Source: Spirochaetia bacterium
Lineage (GTDB): Bacteria > Spirochaetota > Spirochaetia > SZUA-6 > Bin103
Direction of reading: 5' to 3'
NCBI GenBank assembly: GCA_965203055.1
Contig: OZ241863.1
Location: forward strand, 1,472,001-1,536,000
DNA: 64,000 nt
Positions 48,516 to 58,540 of the stretch are shown here, piece after piece. The position numbers and the translations under genes are program-made. Within the stretch, counting starts at the first letter, position 1; each line of letters opens with the position of its first letter. Under the pieces are notes generated by a model that saw nothing but the letters and a program-made list of their open reading frames with translations, was not told the DNA's origin and searched no databases.

Positions 48516-49100
48516 CGAATGAGGCGGCGCATCAGTTTCAGGAGTCCCTCACCGGTCGCGGAATCGACGTTGGCGGTGGGTTCGTCCGCCAGCACGATCG
48601 CCGGTTTCCTGACCAGCGCGCGGGCGATCGCCACCCGCTGCTGCTGGCCGCCGGAGAGCTCGCCCGGACGCCGTTCGGTCACCTCCCGCAGGCCGACCTC
48701 GGCCAGCATCTCCAGGCTCCGCGCCCGCACCTGGTTGGCGTCGCGGGTAATCAGCGACATGGCGAAGGAGACGTTTTCGTACGCGGTAAGGACCGGGATC
48801 AGATTGAACGACTGGAACACGAACCCAAGATGATGGCGCCGGAACCGGGCGAGCTGCTTGCGGTCGAGGCCCGAAACCGGCTGACCGTCGATCAGCACCT
48901 CGCCGCCGGTGGCCGCGTCGAGGCAGCCGATCAGGTTGAGCAGCGTTGACTTTCCGGAGCCGGATGGTCCCGCGATGGCGAGAAACTCGCCGCGCGCCAC
49001 CTCAGGCTGACGCCGCGCAGGGCGGCGACTTCGCTGCTGCCGCGGCGGTATACCTTGGTGACGTTGCGGACCGAAATCACCCTTGCCGGCCTTTCGGCAA
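48516..49100 (-). pseudogene. LolD-like ABC ATP-binding protein, frameshifted and truncated
   Basis: ISVRNVTKVY..ALRGVSL, then frameshift near 49003 to GPSGSGKST, LSGGQQQR, LADEPT; ends before the H-loop. Confidence 0.85.
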
Positions 49101-49219
49101 CCGGGCGCCGGCGGTGCAAGCGAGGGTGGAAGTTGGAACGAAACCGCGTCCGCGGCGGCGCGCAGTGAAGCACCGTGGGACCGCCGCGGATGCGGTCACG
49201 ACAGGGAAGTGTTGCTGCG

Positions 49220-49510
49220 CTATTCCGCCGCCGCCGATCCCGCCGCGTCGTCGCTCGGATTCCGCATGCGGAACTCCAGCACGTTCTCGACGCCGCGCGG
49301 GCGCCGGACGATCAGATCGCGGCCGAGCTTGGCGCCGGCGAGGCGCAGCGCCTCCCGGGCGAGGGCGATATCCTCGGACTCACGGAACTTCAAGACGCCC
49401 ACCGAATTGCCATCGATGCGCTGGACGTACTTCTCATACTTCTCGACCAAAGAGTCGGTAACACCGGGTTCCTTGACATCTTTGAGCGCGCGAGTAGAGA
49501 ATCGTGGCAT
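49220..49510 (-). CDS. Hypothetical 96-aa protein
   Basis: AGGAGG RBS, ATG start, protein-like composition. Confidence 0.7.
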   Translation of the reverse strand: MPRFSTRALKDVKEPGVTDSLVEKYEKYVQRIDGNSVGVLKFRESEDIALAREALRLAGAKLGRDLIVRRPRGVENVLEFRMRNPSDDAAGSAAAE

Positions 49511-49797
49511 ACTAGCCTCCTAAGAGTGATTGAGTTCAAACACGGCACTCTCGCAGCGAACTCGCGCCTTGCCGGCAGGCCGAATCACCAAGTGAGCCAG
49601 GCCTGCCGCGCCGGTTGCAAGTTCGAGAGTGCGTTGTCATGAATCACCATACAATAACGTATATCCTGCCATGCTAGTCAAGCGGGGTTGATGAGACACT
49701 CCGCAACTTCTTGCCGATCGGTTGCCGGAGCGCGAGAATGGCGTACTACGTCACCGGCGGCAAGTCGGGCCGTTACCTTATCCTGAGCGAGGCAGGC

Positions 49798-50090
49798 ATG
49801 ACTATCACCGCAGTCAAGACCGCATCCATCCGCGGCTCCAAGACTGCCACGGAATCTATCACGTGCGCGACGTAATTCTGCTCGCGCAGCGGCTGGAACC
49901 GTTCGCGTTGATGTTTCTGGAGGACCCGGTACCGCCGGAGAACGACGCCGCGCTGGCCAAGGTAACGCACAGCACGCCGATCCCGATCTGTACCGGTGAG
50001 TGGCGTTGCCGCGCGGACGGATTCCGCCCTCTGGTGGAGCGGCAGGCCTGCGACCTGGTGCCGCAGGGGCCGGGTTGGGCGTCGAACTGA
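49798..50090 (+). pseudogene. Mandelate racemase/muconate lactonizing enzyme family remnant
   Basis: MTITAVKTASI N-terminus joined out of frame to DCHG..FLEDPVPPEN..PICTGE..QACDLV core; rest missing. Confidence 0.75.
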
Positions 50091-50165
50091 ACGAGGAGGT
50101 GGTCAACCGCCACCTGGCTCCCGGCTCCGGGCGGCTGTGATGCAAGCGTCCGGCGCGGGCGCCTG

Positions 50166-50822
50166 TCAGGTCAGCACGGCCTCGCCGCGCGGCGAGGCAA
50201 GGGTAGCGCGCAATGCCGGCGCCGGTCCCGGCCGTACCGGCAGCTCCACCCCCAGCGCGCGCAGCGCGGCGCCCACCTCCGGCGGCTGCGGGTGGCGGGC
50301 CTCCAGGCGCAACAGGCGGCATCCGGGCGGCGCGCCCGCCGCCGGCGAGACCTCCGTTCCCCAGTCGATCAGGAACGGCACCACGCCGGCGAACGGCAGT
50401 TCCCGGCGCTGGCACAAGTGCCAGCGCAGCAGCCCGCCGTCAGGCCGGCGGCGGCCGCCCGCGGCCACCGGCCCGGGGTCGTAACCGCGCGCCGCCGCCT
50501 GCCGGCGCCACTGTTCGAGCCGTTGCGCGGCGCTCGTTCGGGGCGCGTCCGGCGCGCGGGGCGCGGCATGCACCGCAAACGTGATCAGGCGCGGCGCGGT
50601 AAGGTCGTTCAGGCCGAACGGGCGCGGGGAGGGCGGCTCCGGCTGCGCGGGGTCGGGCGCGATCACTTCGAGGTAGGCCTCCCCGCCGAGGGCGAGCAGG
50701 GCATTGTGGGTGCCGCGTCCCTCGTGGCTGCCGCCGGGCACCGGCGCGACTCCCAGCAGCGCCTCCAGCCGGGCCACTGCGGGCGCCAGTTCGGGCACTC
50801 CGTACACCAGGTGGTCTACCAC
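50166..50822 (-). CDS. VOC/glyoxalase-like family protein
   Basis: DHLVYGV, GGSHEGRGTHNALL, YLEVIAPDP, PFLIDW. Confidence 0.88.
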   Translation of the reverse strand: MVDHLVYGVPELAPAVARLEALLGVAPVPGGSHEGRGTHNALLALGGEAYLEVIAPDPAQPEPPSPRPFGLNDLTAPRLITFAVHAAPRAPDAPRTSAAQRLEQWRRQAAARGYDPGPVAAGGRRRPDGGLLRWHLCQRRELPFAGVVPFLIDWGTEVSPAAGAPPGCRLLRLEARHPQPPEVGAALRALGVELPVRPGPAPALRATLASPRGEAVLT

Positions 50823-50829
50823 CGCCGGG

Positions 50830-51600
50830 TCACTCGATCCCCATCGCCTGCAGGTTGCGGAAGCTGGCGGCCAACTCGGCGAACGGGTCGGCGCCGTAGG
50901 TCTGGTCCTGCTCCACCATCGCCCATTCCACCCCGGCGGCGCGGCACGCCGCCACGATGCGCGGCCAGTTGAGATTGCCGGCGCCGACCGGCGCGAAGCG
51001 CTGCGTGCGGTCGGGCAGCACCACCATGTCCTTGAAGTGCACGATCGGCTGGCGGTGGCCCAGGTCGGCGATCCATTGCGCCGGGTCGGCGCCGCCCGCC
51101 GTCAGCCAGTACAGATCCAGCTCCGCCTTGAGCCGCTCCGGCGGGGCCGCCGCGTATACCTGATGCAGCCAGGTAGTGTCCCCGTAGCGCACCAGCTCAT
51201 GACTGTGGTTGTGATAGGAAAAGTCGATGCCGGCGCCGGCGAGCCGCTCGGCGATGGGCGCCAGCTCGGCCGCGAAGCGCGCCGCGCCGCCGGGCGCGTA
51301 GTACTCCTTCGGCAAGCTGCCGATGGCCGCGTGGCGGCAGCCCCACAACCGGTGCACCGCGATCAGCTCGGCCAGCTCGGTCCGGAACTGGTGCCACGCG
51401 AAATGGGTGGCCGCGATCCGCAGCCCGTGGGCGCGGGCCAGCCGCGCCACCTCGTCGGGAGCGATGGGGCCGAACGCCGATACCTGCACCGCCCGGTAGC
51501 CGATGGCTCGTACCCGGCGGAAGGTCTCGGCGACCCCTGCCGGCGTCTGCGTGTGTTCGCGCACCGTGTAGAGCTGCGCGCCTGCGCCCGGTTCACTCAT
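50830..51600 (-). CDS. Sugar phosphate isomerase/epimerase (TIM barrel)
   Basis: AQLYTVR, YHNHSHE, ELDLYW, VHFKD, VEQD. Confidence 0.88.
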   Translation of the reverse strand: MSEPGAGAQLYTVREHTQTPAGVAETFRRVRAIGYRAVQVSAFGPIAPDEVARLARAHGLRIAATHFAWHQFRTELAELIAVHRLWGCRHAAIGSLPKEYYAPGGAARFAAELAPIAERLAGAGIDFSYHNHSHELVRYGDTTWLHQVYAAAPPERLKAELDLYWLTAGGADPAQWIADLGHRQPIVHFKDMVVLPDRTQRFAPVGAGNLNWPRIVAACRAAGVEWAMVEQDQTYGADPFAELAASFRNLQAMGIE

Positions 51601-51610
51601 GGTTCCGATC

Positions 51611-52465
51611 TTACCGCAAACTGCCCGCTACCGCAGCCGCGGCCGGGTGACCGATCCGAAAGTCGTTCTTGCCGGTGCGGTCCACGCCGCGCACCAGCCA
51701 GATGGGACGCTGCGAGAAGTCCACCAGGTAGGTGGAGGTGGAGGCTCCCGGCTGCAGCAGAGCGCGGTCGAAGTGGGAGGTAGCCGGCATGTAGCGCAGC
51801 GCCAGCCCGGCGCGCCGGCGGGGCGAGGAGTTGGCGCGGGAGCCGTGGATCAGGTACACGTCGTGGAGCGACATCCGCCCGGGCTGCAATTCCACGTCTC
51901 GGGCCGCGGCCGGGTCGAAGGCGCCGGCGTCCAGCTCCTGGTCGAGCACCACGTCGCGGCGCGCGCTGCGGTGGTGGCGGCGCAGCCGGTGGTGGAGATG
52001 GGAGCCGGGAATGACCCGCAGGCAGCCGTTTTCGGTGGTGCTGGCGTCGATGGCGATCCACACCGTGCAGGTGGCCAGCGGCCGAATCGGCCAGTACTGG
52101 CCGTCCTGGTGCCACGGCACTTCCAGTCCGTCGCCGCCCGGCTTGCAGAACACTTGGCAGCCCCAGAGGATGAGGTCGGGGCCGATGAGCTGCTGCACCG
52201 CGTCCAGCACCGCGGGGTGGCGCGCGATCTCAAGCAACACGCGGCTTCCTTTGACGCCCTCGGCGCTGTGTTCGAGGTGGGCGCTGACCAGCTTCTCGGG
52301 CCGCACCTCGGGGTTGTCGGCGAGCAGTCGCTCCAGTGCCGCCCGCAACCGCGCGAGCTGCTCGGCCGGGAGCGCGCGGCGCGGCACCACGATGCCGTCG
52401 CGGCGGTACGCCGCGACTTCGGCGCTGCTCAACGGCCCGGCGGGAACGCTCGTTTCATCGTTCAT
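51611..52465 (-). CDS. Phytanoyl-CoA dioxygenase (PhyH) family protein
   Basis: PWHQD, TVWIAID..T.ENGCL.VIPGSH, IHGS.AN.S..RR. Confidence 0.92.
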   Translation of the reverse strand: MNDETSVPAGPLSSAEVAAYRRDGIVVPRRALPAEQLARLRAALERLLADNPEVRPEKLVSAHLEHSAEGVKGSRVLLEIARHPAVLDAVQQLIGPDLILWGCQVFCKPGGDGLEVPWHQDGQYWPIRPLATCTVWIAIDASTTENGCLRVIPGSHLHHRLRRHHRSARRDVVLDQELDAGAFDPAAARDVELQPGRMSLHDVYLIHGSRANSSPRRRAGLALRYMPATSHFDRALLQPGASTSTYLVDFSQRPIWLVRGVDRTGKNDFRIGHPAAAAVAGSLR

Positions 52466-52500
52466 GGCGCGGTCATGGTAGCACGACCGCGCGCGCGTCG

Positions 52501-52529
52501 TTGACCGCCGCCGGCCGCCGTGCTAGCGT
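52501..52529 (+). promoter_or_regulatory. Sigma70 promoter TTGACC-N17-TAGCGT with extended -10 TG
   Basis: Direct reading upstream of second ABC operon. Confidence 0.55.
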
Positions 52530-52540
52530 CCCGGCGGAGC

Positions 52541-53503
52541 ATGGCTGAGCAATCGTCACCGGCCGCGCGGCCGGCAGCCGGACCTGCGCCACTACGGCAC
52601 GGGCGCCGGCTGCGCTACGCGCGGGAAAACTGGGTGCTCTATCTGTTCGTGCTGCCGGCCCTGGTCTACTTCCTGGTGTTCCACTACTGGCCGATGTACG
52701 GAGCCACCATCGCGTTCAAGCACTTCGTAGCGGTCAAGGGCATCCTGGGCAGCCCCTGGGCCGGGTTCGCGCACTTCGAACGGTTCTTCAACTCCCACTT
52801 CTTCGAGCTGCTGATCCGCAACACCATCCTGATCAGCGTGTACGTGCTGGTGGCGGCGTTTCCGGTGCCGATCGTGTTCGCGCTGATGGTCAATCAGGTC
52901 GACTACGCGCCGCTGCGCAAGACCCTGCAGACCGCCTCCTACATTCCGCACTTCATCTCGATGGTGGTGTTCATCGGCATGATCTTCCTGTTCCTGTCGC
53001 CCACCGTCGGCGTGGTCAACCGCTTCATCGTGTTCCTCGGCGGCGAGGCGACCGACTTCATGGGCAGCTCCGCCTGGTTCCGGCACGTCTACGTGGCCAC
53101 CGAGATCTGGAAGGAAACCGGCTTCGCCGCGATCATCTACCTGGCGGTGCTCAGCACCATCAACCCGGAGCTGCACGAAGCCGCGGTCGTCGACGGCGCC
53201 ACCAAGCTGCAGCGCATCATCCACATCGACGTCCCCGGCATCGTGCCCACCGCCATCGTGCTGTTGATCTTGCGGGTCGGGCGGCTGATGGACATCGGCT
53301 TCCAGAAGGCGTTCCTGATGCAGACCCAGCTCAACGTGGACGCCTCGGAAATCATCCCGACCTACGTCTACAAGCAGGGCCTGATCGGGGCGCAGTTCAG
53401 CTTCTCGGCGGCGGTGGGCCTGTTCAACTCGGTGATCAACCTGGCGCTGATTCTGCTCGTCAACCAGCTCGCCAAGCGGGTGACCGGCAACAGCCTGTGG
53501 TAG
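52541..53503 (+). CDS. Carbohydrate ABC transporter permease
   Basis: YWPMYG, YIPHFIS, INPELHEAAVVDGA. Confidence 0.93.
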   Translation: MAEQSSPAARPAAGPAPLRHGRRLRYARENWVLYLFVLPALVYFLVFHYWPMYGATIAFKHFVAVKGILGSPWAGFAHFERFFNSHFFELLIRNTILISVYVLVAAFPVPIVFALMVNQVDYAPLRKTLQTASYIPHFISMVVFIGMIFLFLSPTVGVVNRFIVFLGGEATDFMGSSAWFRHVYVATEIWKETGFAAIIYLAVLSTINPELHEAAVVDGATKLQRIIHIDVPGIVPTAIVLLILRVGRLMDIGFQKAFLMQTQLNVDASEIIPTYVYKQGLIGAQFSFSAAVGLFNSVINLALILLVNQLAKRVTGNSLW

Positions 53504-53522
53504 GCGGAAGGGTGGGGCAACG

Positions 53523-54491
53523 ATGGCCGACCGCGAGTTGAGCGCCGGCGGCGCCGGCCAAGCGCTCGACCGGGTTCTGGAGCGCGCCCCGCGGCGCCGC
53601 GGCCGGCTGCGGCCGAGCGCCCCCGACCGGGTGTTCGACGCCGTCAACCTGACCATCCTGGCGCTGGTGCTGGCCGCGCTGGTGTACCCGCTCTACTTCG
53701 TGGTGATCTCGTCGATCAGCGAACCGAGCCTGGTAAGCACCGGCAAGGTGACCTGGTACCCGCGCGAGCTGACCCTGCAGGGCTACACCCGGGTGCTGCG
53801 CGATCCGAACATCCTCATCGGCTACCGCAACACCTTCCTCTACACCGGGGTCGGCACGGCGCTCAACGTCGCCCTGACCGTGCTCGCCGGCTACGCCCTG
53901 TCGCGGCGCGACTTCAAGGGCCGCAATCTGATCACCGGGTTCATCGTGTTCACCATGCTGTTCAACGGCGGCCTGATTCCGCTCTACCTGGTGGTGCGCA
54001 ACCTCGGGCTGCTCGACACCATCGGCGCCATGGTGCTGCCCACCGCGGTCAACGTGGTCAACCTGATCATCGCGCGCACCTTCTTCGCCACCACGATTCC
54101 CGACGAACTGTTGGAGGCGGCGCGCGTGGACGGCTGCGGCACCGCCCGCTTCTTCTTTCAGATCGTGCTGCCGATCTCGCCGGCGATCATCGCCGTGGAG
54201 GTGCTGTTCTACGGCGTGTTCCACTGGAACGCCTTCTTCGAGGCGCTGATCTTCCTCAACGATCCCGACAAGTACCCGCTGCAGATGGTGCTGCGCGACA
54301 TCCTGCTGCGCGCCCGTCTGTCGCAGATGATGTTCACCGGCGACCCGCGCGAGTTGGCGGAGATCCAGATGCTGGCCGAGCTGATCAAGTTTTCCGCCAT
54401 CGTGGTCGCCTCGGCGCCGATCCTGCTGCTGTATCCGTTCCTGCAGCGCTACTTCATGACCGGGGTGATGATCGGTTCGCTGAAGGGGTAG
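53523..54491 (+). CDS. Carbohydrate ABC transporter permease
   Basis: FNGGLIP, IPDELLEAARVDG, GVMIGSLKG. Confidence 0.93.
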   Translation: MADRELSAGGAGQALDRVLERAPRRRGRLRPSAPDRVFDAVNLTILALVLAALVYPLYFVVISSISEPSLVSTGKVTWYPRELTLQGYTRVLRDPNILIGYRNTFLYTGVGTALNVALTVLAGYALSRRDFKGRNLITGFIVFTMLFNGGLIPLYLVVRNLGLLDTIGAMVLPTAVNVVNLIIARTFFATTIPDELLEAARVDGCGTARFFFQIVLPISPAIIAVEVLFYGVFHWNAFFEALIFLNDPDKYPLQMVLRDILLRARLSQMMFTGDPRELAEIQMLAELIKFSAIVVASAPILLLYPFLQRYFMTGVMIGSLKG

Positions 54492-54559
54492 CGCCGGCGG
54501 GCCGCCGGCCAGCGGCGTTGCTTGCGGCGGCGCGGCGGCGGGTGTACGGTCAGACCGAT

Positions 54560-56224
54560 ATGCCTACGTTACTACGAGTGTTCGCACTGTCCGCCGGCCT
54601 GCTGCTGGCGCTGAGCGCCGCGGCGTTCGCCGCGGGAGAGGAGGAGGGCGCCGCGCCGGCCGCCGGCTTCAACGCCGCCGGCTACCCGATCGTCGACGAA
54701 CCGGTAACCATCAGCGTGGTGTGGCAGAAGTGGCCCAGCCACGTGAAGGATCCCTCCGAGATGATCGTGCCGGGGCTGGCGCGCGAGACCACCGGGGTCA
54801 ACGTCGACTGGATCGCGGTGAACGGCGATGCATGGGTGGAGCGCACCAACCTGATGCTGGCGGCGGGCGACCTGCCCGACACCTTCGGGGCGCCGTTGAG
54901 CGACTTCAACGTGGTCAGCAACGGCGAGGCGGGCGCGTTCCGGCCGATGAACGACCTGCTCGACCGGTTCGCTCCCAACGTGAACGCGATATTCGACAAG
55001 AAGCCCACGCTGCGCCCGTTCATCACCGCGTCCGACGGCAACATCTACTCGCTGTTTCGGCTCAACGAGGGAAGCTGGACCACCACCTGTCCGCTGACCT
55101 ACCTGAACAAGCCGTGGCTGGATGCGCTCGGCGCCGAGGTGCCGACCACCACCGAGGAGTATTACGAGCTGCTGCTGGCGGTGAAGAACGCCGGCGACCT
55201 GAACGGCAACGGCGAGGCGGACGAGGTACCGCTGTCGTTCCGCTTCGGCACCTGCCATCAGGGCATGAGCACCTTCTTGTGGGCGCACGGCCTGCCGGTG
55301 GAGGAAGGCCACGGCGACAACCGCGACCTGATGATGGTGCGGGACGGCAAGGCGGTCTACGCGCCCACGCAGGAGGGCTTCCGGGATACCGCCAAGTACC
55401 TGCACCGGCTGTGGGAGGCGGGTCTGATCGACCCCGAGTCGTTCTCCCAGGATGCCGGCCAATACTACTCCAAGCTGAAGCAGGACCAGTTGTTCAGCTT
55501 CAACTCCTGGTGGGCGCAGAACGTCGTGGACACCACCCGCTGGCTGGACTGGGAGTATCTGCCGGCGCTCAAGGCCCCCGGCTACGAGCCGCAGGCCAAC
55601 TACCGCTTCGACTGGACGCGCGGACTGGCGCCGATCACCGCCGCCGCCGAGCACCCCGAGGTGGTGATGCGCTGGATCGACTACTGGTACGAGCCGCTCA
55701 ACAGCTTGACCACCATGGAGGGGCCGCTCGGCGTGCGGGTGATCGAGAACGACGACGGCACCTACGGCGTGGCGCCGACCCCGGAGGGCCTCGGGCTCTC
55801 GGAGTGGCGCGATCTGGAGACCATCGGACCGGGGTTCATCACCTCGATCGACATCGACATGTACCTGAACATGTTCATCTTCGAGGGCGCGGAGATGTGC
55901 GGCACGGTCAAGTACGACACCTATTCCGCGCAGTGGCCGGAGATGTACTGGCCGCGCCCGATGTTGCCATCGGCGCAGATCAACGAGGAGCAGGCGATTC
56001 TGCCTGACATTCAAGCCCTGGTGAAGAAGACCCTCGCCCGGTGGATCACCGAGGGCGGCGCCGACGAGGAGTGGGATCAGTTCCAGGAGGACATGAACTC
56101 GATCGGCCTGCCGCGGCTGCTGGAGATCTGGCAGGAGAACCTGGACAAGTTCCTGGACGGCACCGGCGGCGTCACGCCGCGCCCCTACGACAGGGGCACC
56201 GGCCACCCGGTGCGCCCGCTGTAA
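54560..56224 (+). CDS. Carbohydrate ABC transporter solute-binding protein
   Basis: Signal peptide ending AFAAGEEE, GYPIVDEP, DGNIYSL, PTTTEEY, DLNGNGEADE. Confidence 0.92.
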   Translation: MPTLLRVFALSAGLLLALSAAAFAAGEEEGAAPAAGFNAAGYPIVDEPVTISVVWQKWPSHVKDPSEMIVPGLARETTGVNVDWIAVNGDAWVERTNLMLAAGDLPDTFGAPLSDFNVVSNGEAGAFRPMNDLLDRFAPNVNAIFDKKPTLRPFITASDGNIYSLFRLNEGSWTTTCPLTYLNKPWLDALGAEVPTTTEEYYELLLAVKNAGDLNGNGEADEVPLSFRFGTCHQGMSTFLWAHGLPVEEGHGDNRDLMMVRDGKAVYAPTQEGFRDTAKYLHRLWEAGLIDPESFSQDAGQYYSKLKQDQLFSFNSWWAQNVVDTTRWLDWEYLPALKAPGYEPQANYRFDWTRGLAPITAAAEHPEVVMRWIDYWYEPLNSLTTMEGPLGVRVIENDDGTYGVAPTPEGLGLSEWRDLETIGPGFITSIDIDMYLNMFIFEGAEMCGTVKYDTYSAQWPEMYWPRPMLPSAQINEEQAILPDIQALVKKTLARWITEGGADEEWDQFQEDMNSIGLPRLLEIWQENLDKFLDGTGGVTPRPYDRGTGHPVRPL

Positions 56225-56238
56225 GGGCGCGCCCGCAC

Positions 56239-56274
56239 GGCAGGCGGCGGCGAGCGCGCCGCTGCCTGCCCTTT
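56239..56274 (+). terminator. Probable intrinsic terminator hairpin
   Basis: 14-bp stem GGCAGGCGGCGGCG/CGCCGCTGCCTGCC followed by CTTT, between convergent genes. Confidence 0.6.
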
Positions 56275-56292
56275 GGCCGGCGGTCGCTCCCG

Positions 56293-57243
56293 CTACGGCG
56301 CCGCGGAGACCAGGGCGATGCCGGCCACGATCACGACCGCCGCGCCGAGGCGCAGCACTGGCGCCCGCTCCCGCATCAGCGCCGCGCCGGCGGCCACGCC
56401 CAGCACGATGCTGAACTGCCGCAGGGCCGCCACGTAACTGGCGCGCTCGGCGAGCTGATAGGCCCACAGTACCAGCGTATAGGCGCCGCACATGCAGGCG
56501 CCGCCCGCCGCGGTACGCCAGTCGCCGGCCAGGGTCCGCCATGAAAGCCGGGCCGCCGCGGCGGTCGCCGGCCCCGTCCGCCGGCGGGCGCTGGCCCGCA
56601 TCGCCGCGGCCAGCAGCGCCGCGTACAGGACGGTCGAGATGACGAACTCCCAGAGTCCGTACCGGAACGCGTCCGGCAGCCCGCCGCCCGACTGGCGGCG
56701 CAGGACCTCGGCCGCCAGCTTGTCGAACGCGGTGTAGCCGACGGTGCCGGCGGCTGCGACCGCCGCCCAGCCGAGCGTCGGCCGCAGCCGGCGCTCGCGC
56801 CGGCCGCGCACCGCCGCGCCCCGGTCGTCACCGGCCGCCCCGGAGATGACGATGCAGCCGGCCGCCACCAGGGCAAGGCCCAGCCACCCGGTCGCGCTCG
56901 GCGACAGGTTCCGCGCCAGATCGAAGCCTCCCAGAACCAGGACCGGCAACGCCCGCGTCACCGGATACACGATGCCCAGGTCGCCGGCGCGGTACCCCAG
57001 GGTGAGCCCCAGGAAGTAGACCGCCTGCGCGCAACCGGCGCCCAGCAGGAACGGCCAGACGTGGCGCAGGAGGCCGCCGGCGAGCAGCTCGGCCGCCAGC
57101 GCGATCAGGAGACCGGGCACGCTGATCGCCGCCAGGATCTGCAGCAGCGCCGTCCACGAGTCGCTGCGCCGCTTGGCGATCAGGTTCCAGCCGGCATGCA
57201 GGATCGTCGAGAACAGGACGACGCCGACGGCGAACGGAGGCAA
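56293..57243 (-). CDS. EamA/DMT family transporter
   Basis: LHAGWNL, GYRAGDLGIVYP, YVAALRQFSI; about 10 TM segments. Confidence 0.88.
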   Translation of the reverse strand: MPPFAVGVVLFSTILHAGWNLIAKRRSDSWTALLQILAAISVPGLLIALAAELLAGGLLRHVWPFLLGAGCAQAVYFLGLTLGYRAGDLGIVYPVTRALPVLVLGGFDLARNLSPSATGWLGLALVAAGCIVISGAAGDDRGAAVRGRRERRLRPTLGWAAVAAAGTVGYTAFDKLAAEVLRRQSGGGLPDAFRYGLWEFVISTVLYAALLAAAMRASARRRTGPATAAAARLSWRTLAGDWRTAAGGACMCGAYTLVLWAYQLAERASYVAALRQFSIVLGVAAGAALMRERAPVLRLGAAVVIVAGIALVSAAP

Positions 57244-57265
57244 CGCCAGCTCCTGGGCGGCTAGT

Positions 57266-58519
57266 TCATGGGCGCGTCAGGAGCGCCGCCTGCTCGCCGC
57301 TGCGAGGGGTTGCGCGCGCCCGCACCGTGCAGTGGACCCAGTGCGGGTCGACGCGGAACTCGGGATCGGGCTGGCCGGCGGCGCGCAACTCGCGGCGCGC
57401 CGCCGGAATCCCGAACCCGTAGCGCTGCACCAGGCCGAGCACTCGCATTGCTTCCGCCAGCGCCGGGTTGCGGTAGTCGATCACGCCCGGATGGCCGAAG
57501 TTCTCCGGGGTCAGGGCGCCGTACGGCCCGCCGGGGCTGTTGATCTCGATCCGGTCGTCGAACCAGTAGACGTGCACCGGCGCGTTGGTGCCGTCGTAGG
57601 CGCGGTGCATCACGGCGTTGCGCACGAGCTGCTGCAGCGCGCCGAGCGGATAGGTCGAGCGGCGGACCTCGGTCGGCGCCGAGATGAAGTCGACCGCGGT
57701 GCGGTTGTGAGCGATCAGCTTGTCGTCCACCCGCCGCATCAGATCCGCTACCGACCCCTCGCAGCGCGCCTCGTCCACCACCTCGTCGCCCCATTCGCGC
57801 CCGGCGACGCGCAGAAACTGCACGTACGCGCCCGGCAGGAAGTGCTGTGGCCGCCGGCCCAGCACGAGGAGCCCGGCCACGGTCGGCACCGGGTCATCGA
57901 CCGCAGCGATCATCTTGGCCGCGGCGAGGCGCTCCTCGGCGGTGCGGTCGTTCGCCGCCAGCGTTTCGGGATCCACCGCCGCCGGCAGGTACTCGTCCAT
58001 GAAGCGCCCCACCCGCAGCTCGCCAAGCCCCGCCGCCCGCACCGGAGACACGTCGTAGTGCGGATCGCGGTGCCGGCGCTTCTCGTTCAGGAGCCGTTCG
58101 TCCTGCGCACTCGCCACCGCGCGCCGCGGTCCCACGCGAATCCAGGTGCGCCCGCGAAAGCGCACCGGAGGGGAGTGCGCGGGCAGGACCGTGACCACCG
58201 CGACCGCACTCCCGCCCAGCACCCGCTTGGCGACCGTGAGCGACGGCGGCGGCACGATGTTGCCGTCGGTCTTGATGTCGGCAAGGCGCAGCAGGAGGCG
58301 GTCGGAAATCTCCAATCCCACGGGATTGCCGGCATCGTCCGCGCCCACGAAGACCACGCCCGGCCGGCCGTGGTCCGGGAGGTCATTGGCGAACGCGCAG
58401 ACCGCTTCCCGGACTCGCGTCGGGCCGTCTCCGCGCAGAGACTCCTTGCGCTCCACCAGATCCGACTCCGGATCGCTCAGCATCGCTTCCAACTCGCGGT
58501 CGGAGTAGGGGGCGCTCAT
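57266..58519 (-). CDS. Schlafen/AlbA_2 domain plus HATPase_c_4 protein
   Basis: ESDLVERKES, VCAFAN, FVGADD, NAVMHRAY, DDRIEINSPG, YRNP.LAE. Confidence 0.88.
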   Translation of the reverse strand: MSAPYSDRELEAMLSDPESDLVERKESLRGDGPTRVREAVCAFANDLPDHGRPGVVFVGADDAGNPVGLEISDRLLLRLADIKTDGNIVPPPSLTVAKRVLGGSAVAVVTVLPAHSPPVRFRGRTWIRVGPRRAVASAQDERLLNEKRRHRDPHYDVSPVRAAGLGELRVGRFMDEYLPAAVDPETLAANDRTAEERLAAAKMIAAVDDPVPTVAGLLVLGRRPQHFLPGAYVQFLRVAGREWGDEVVDEARCEGSVADLMRRVDDKLIAHNRTAVDFISAPTEVRRSTYPLGALQQLVRNAVMHRAYDGTNAPVHVYWFDDRIEINSPGGPYGALTPENFGHPGVIDYRNPALAEAMRVLGLVQRYGFGIPAARRELRAAGQPDPEFRVDPHWVHCTVRARATPRSGEQAALLTRP

Positions 58520-58540
58520 CTGCCGGCTCGGGGCGCGGGT

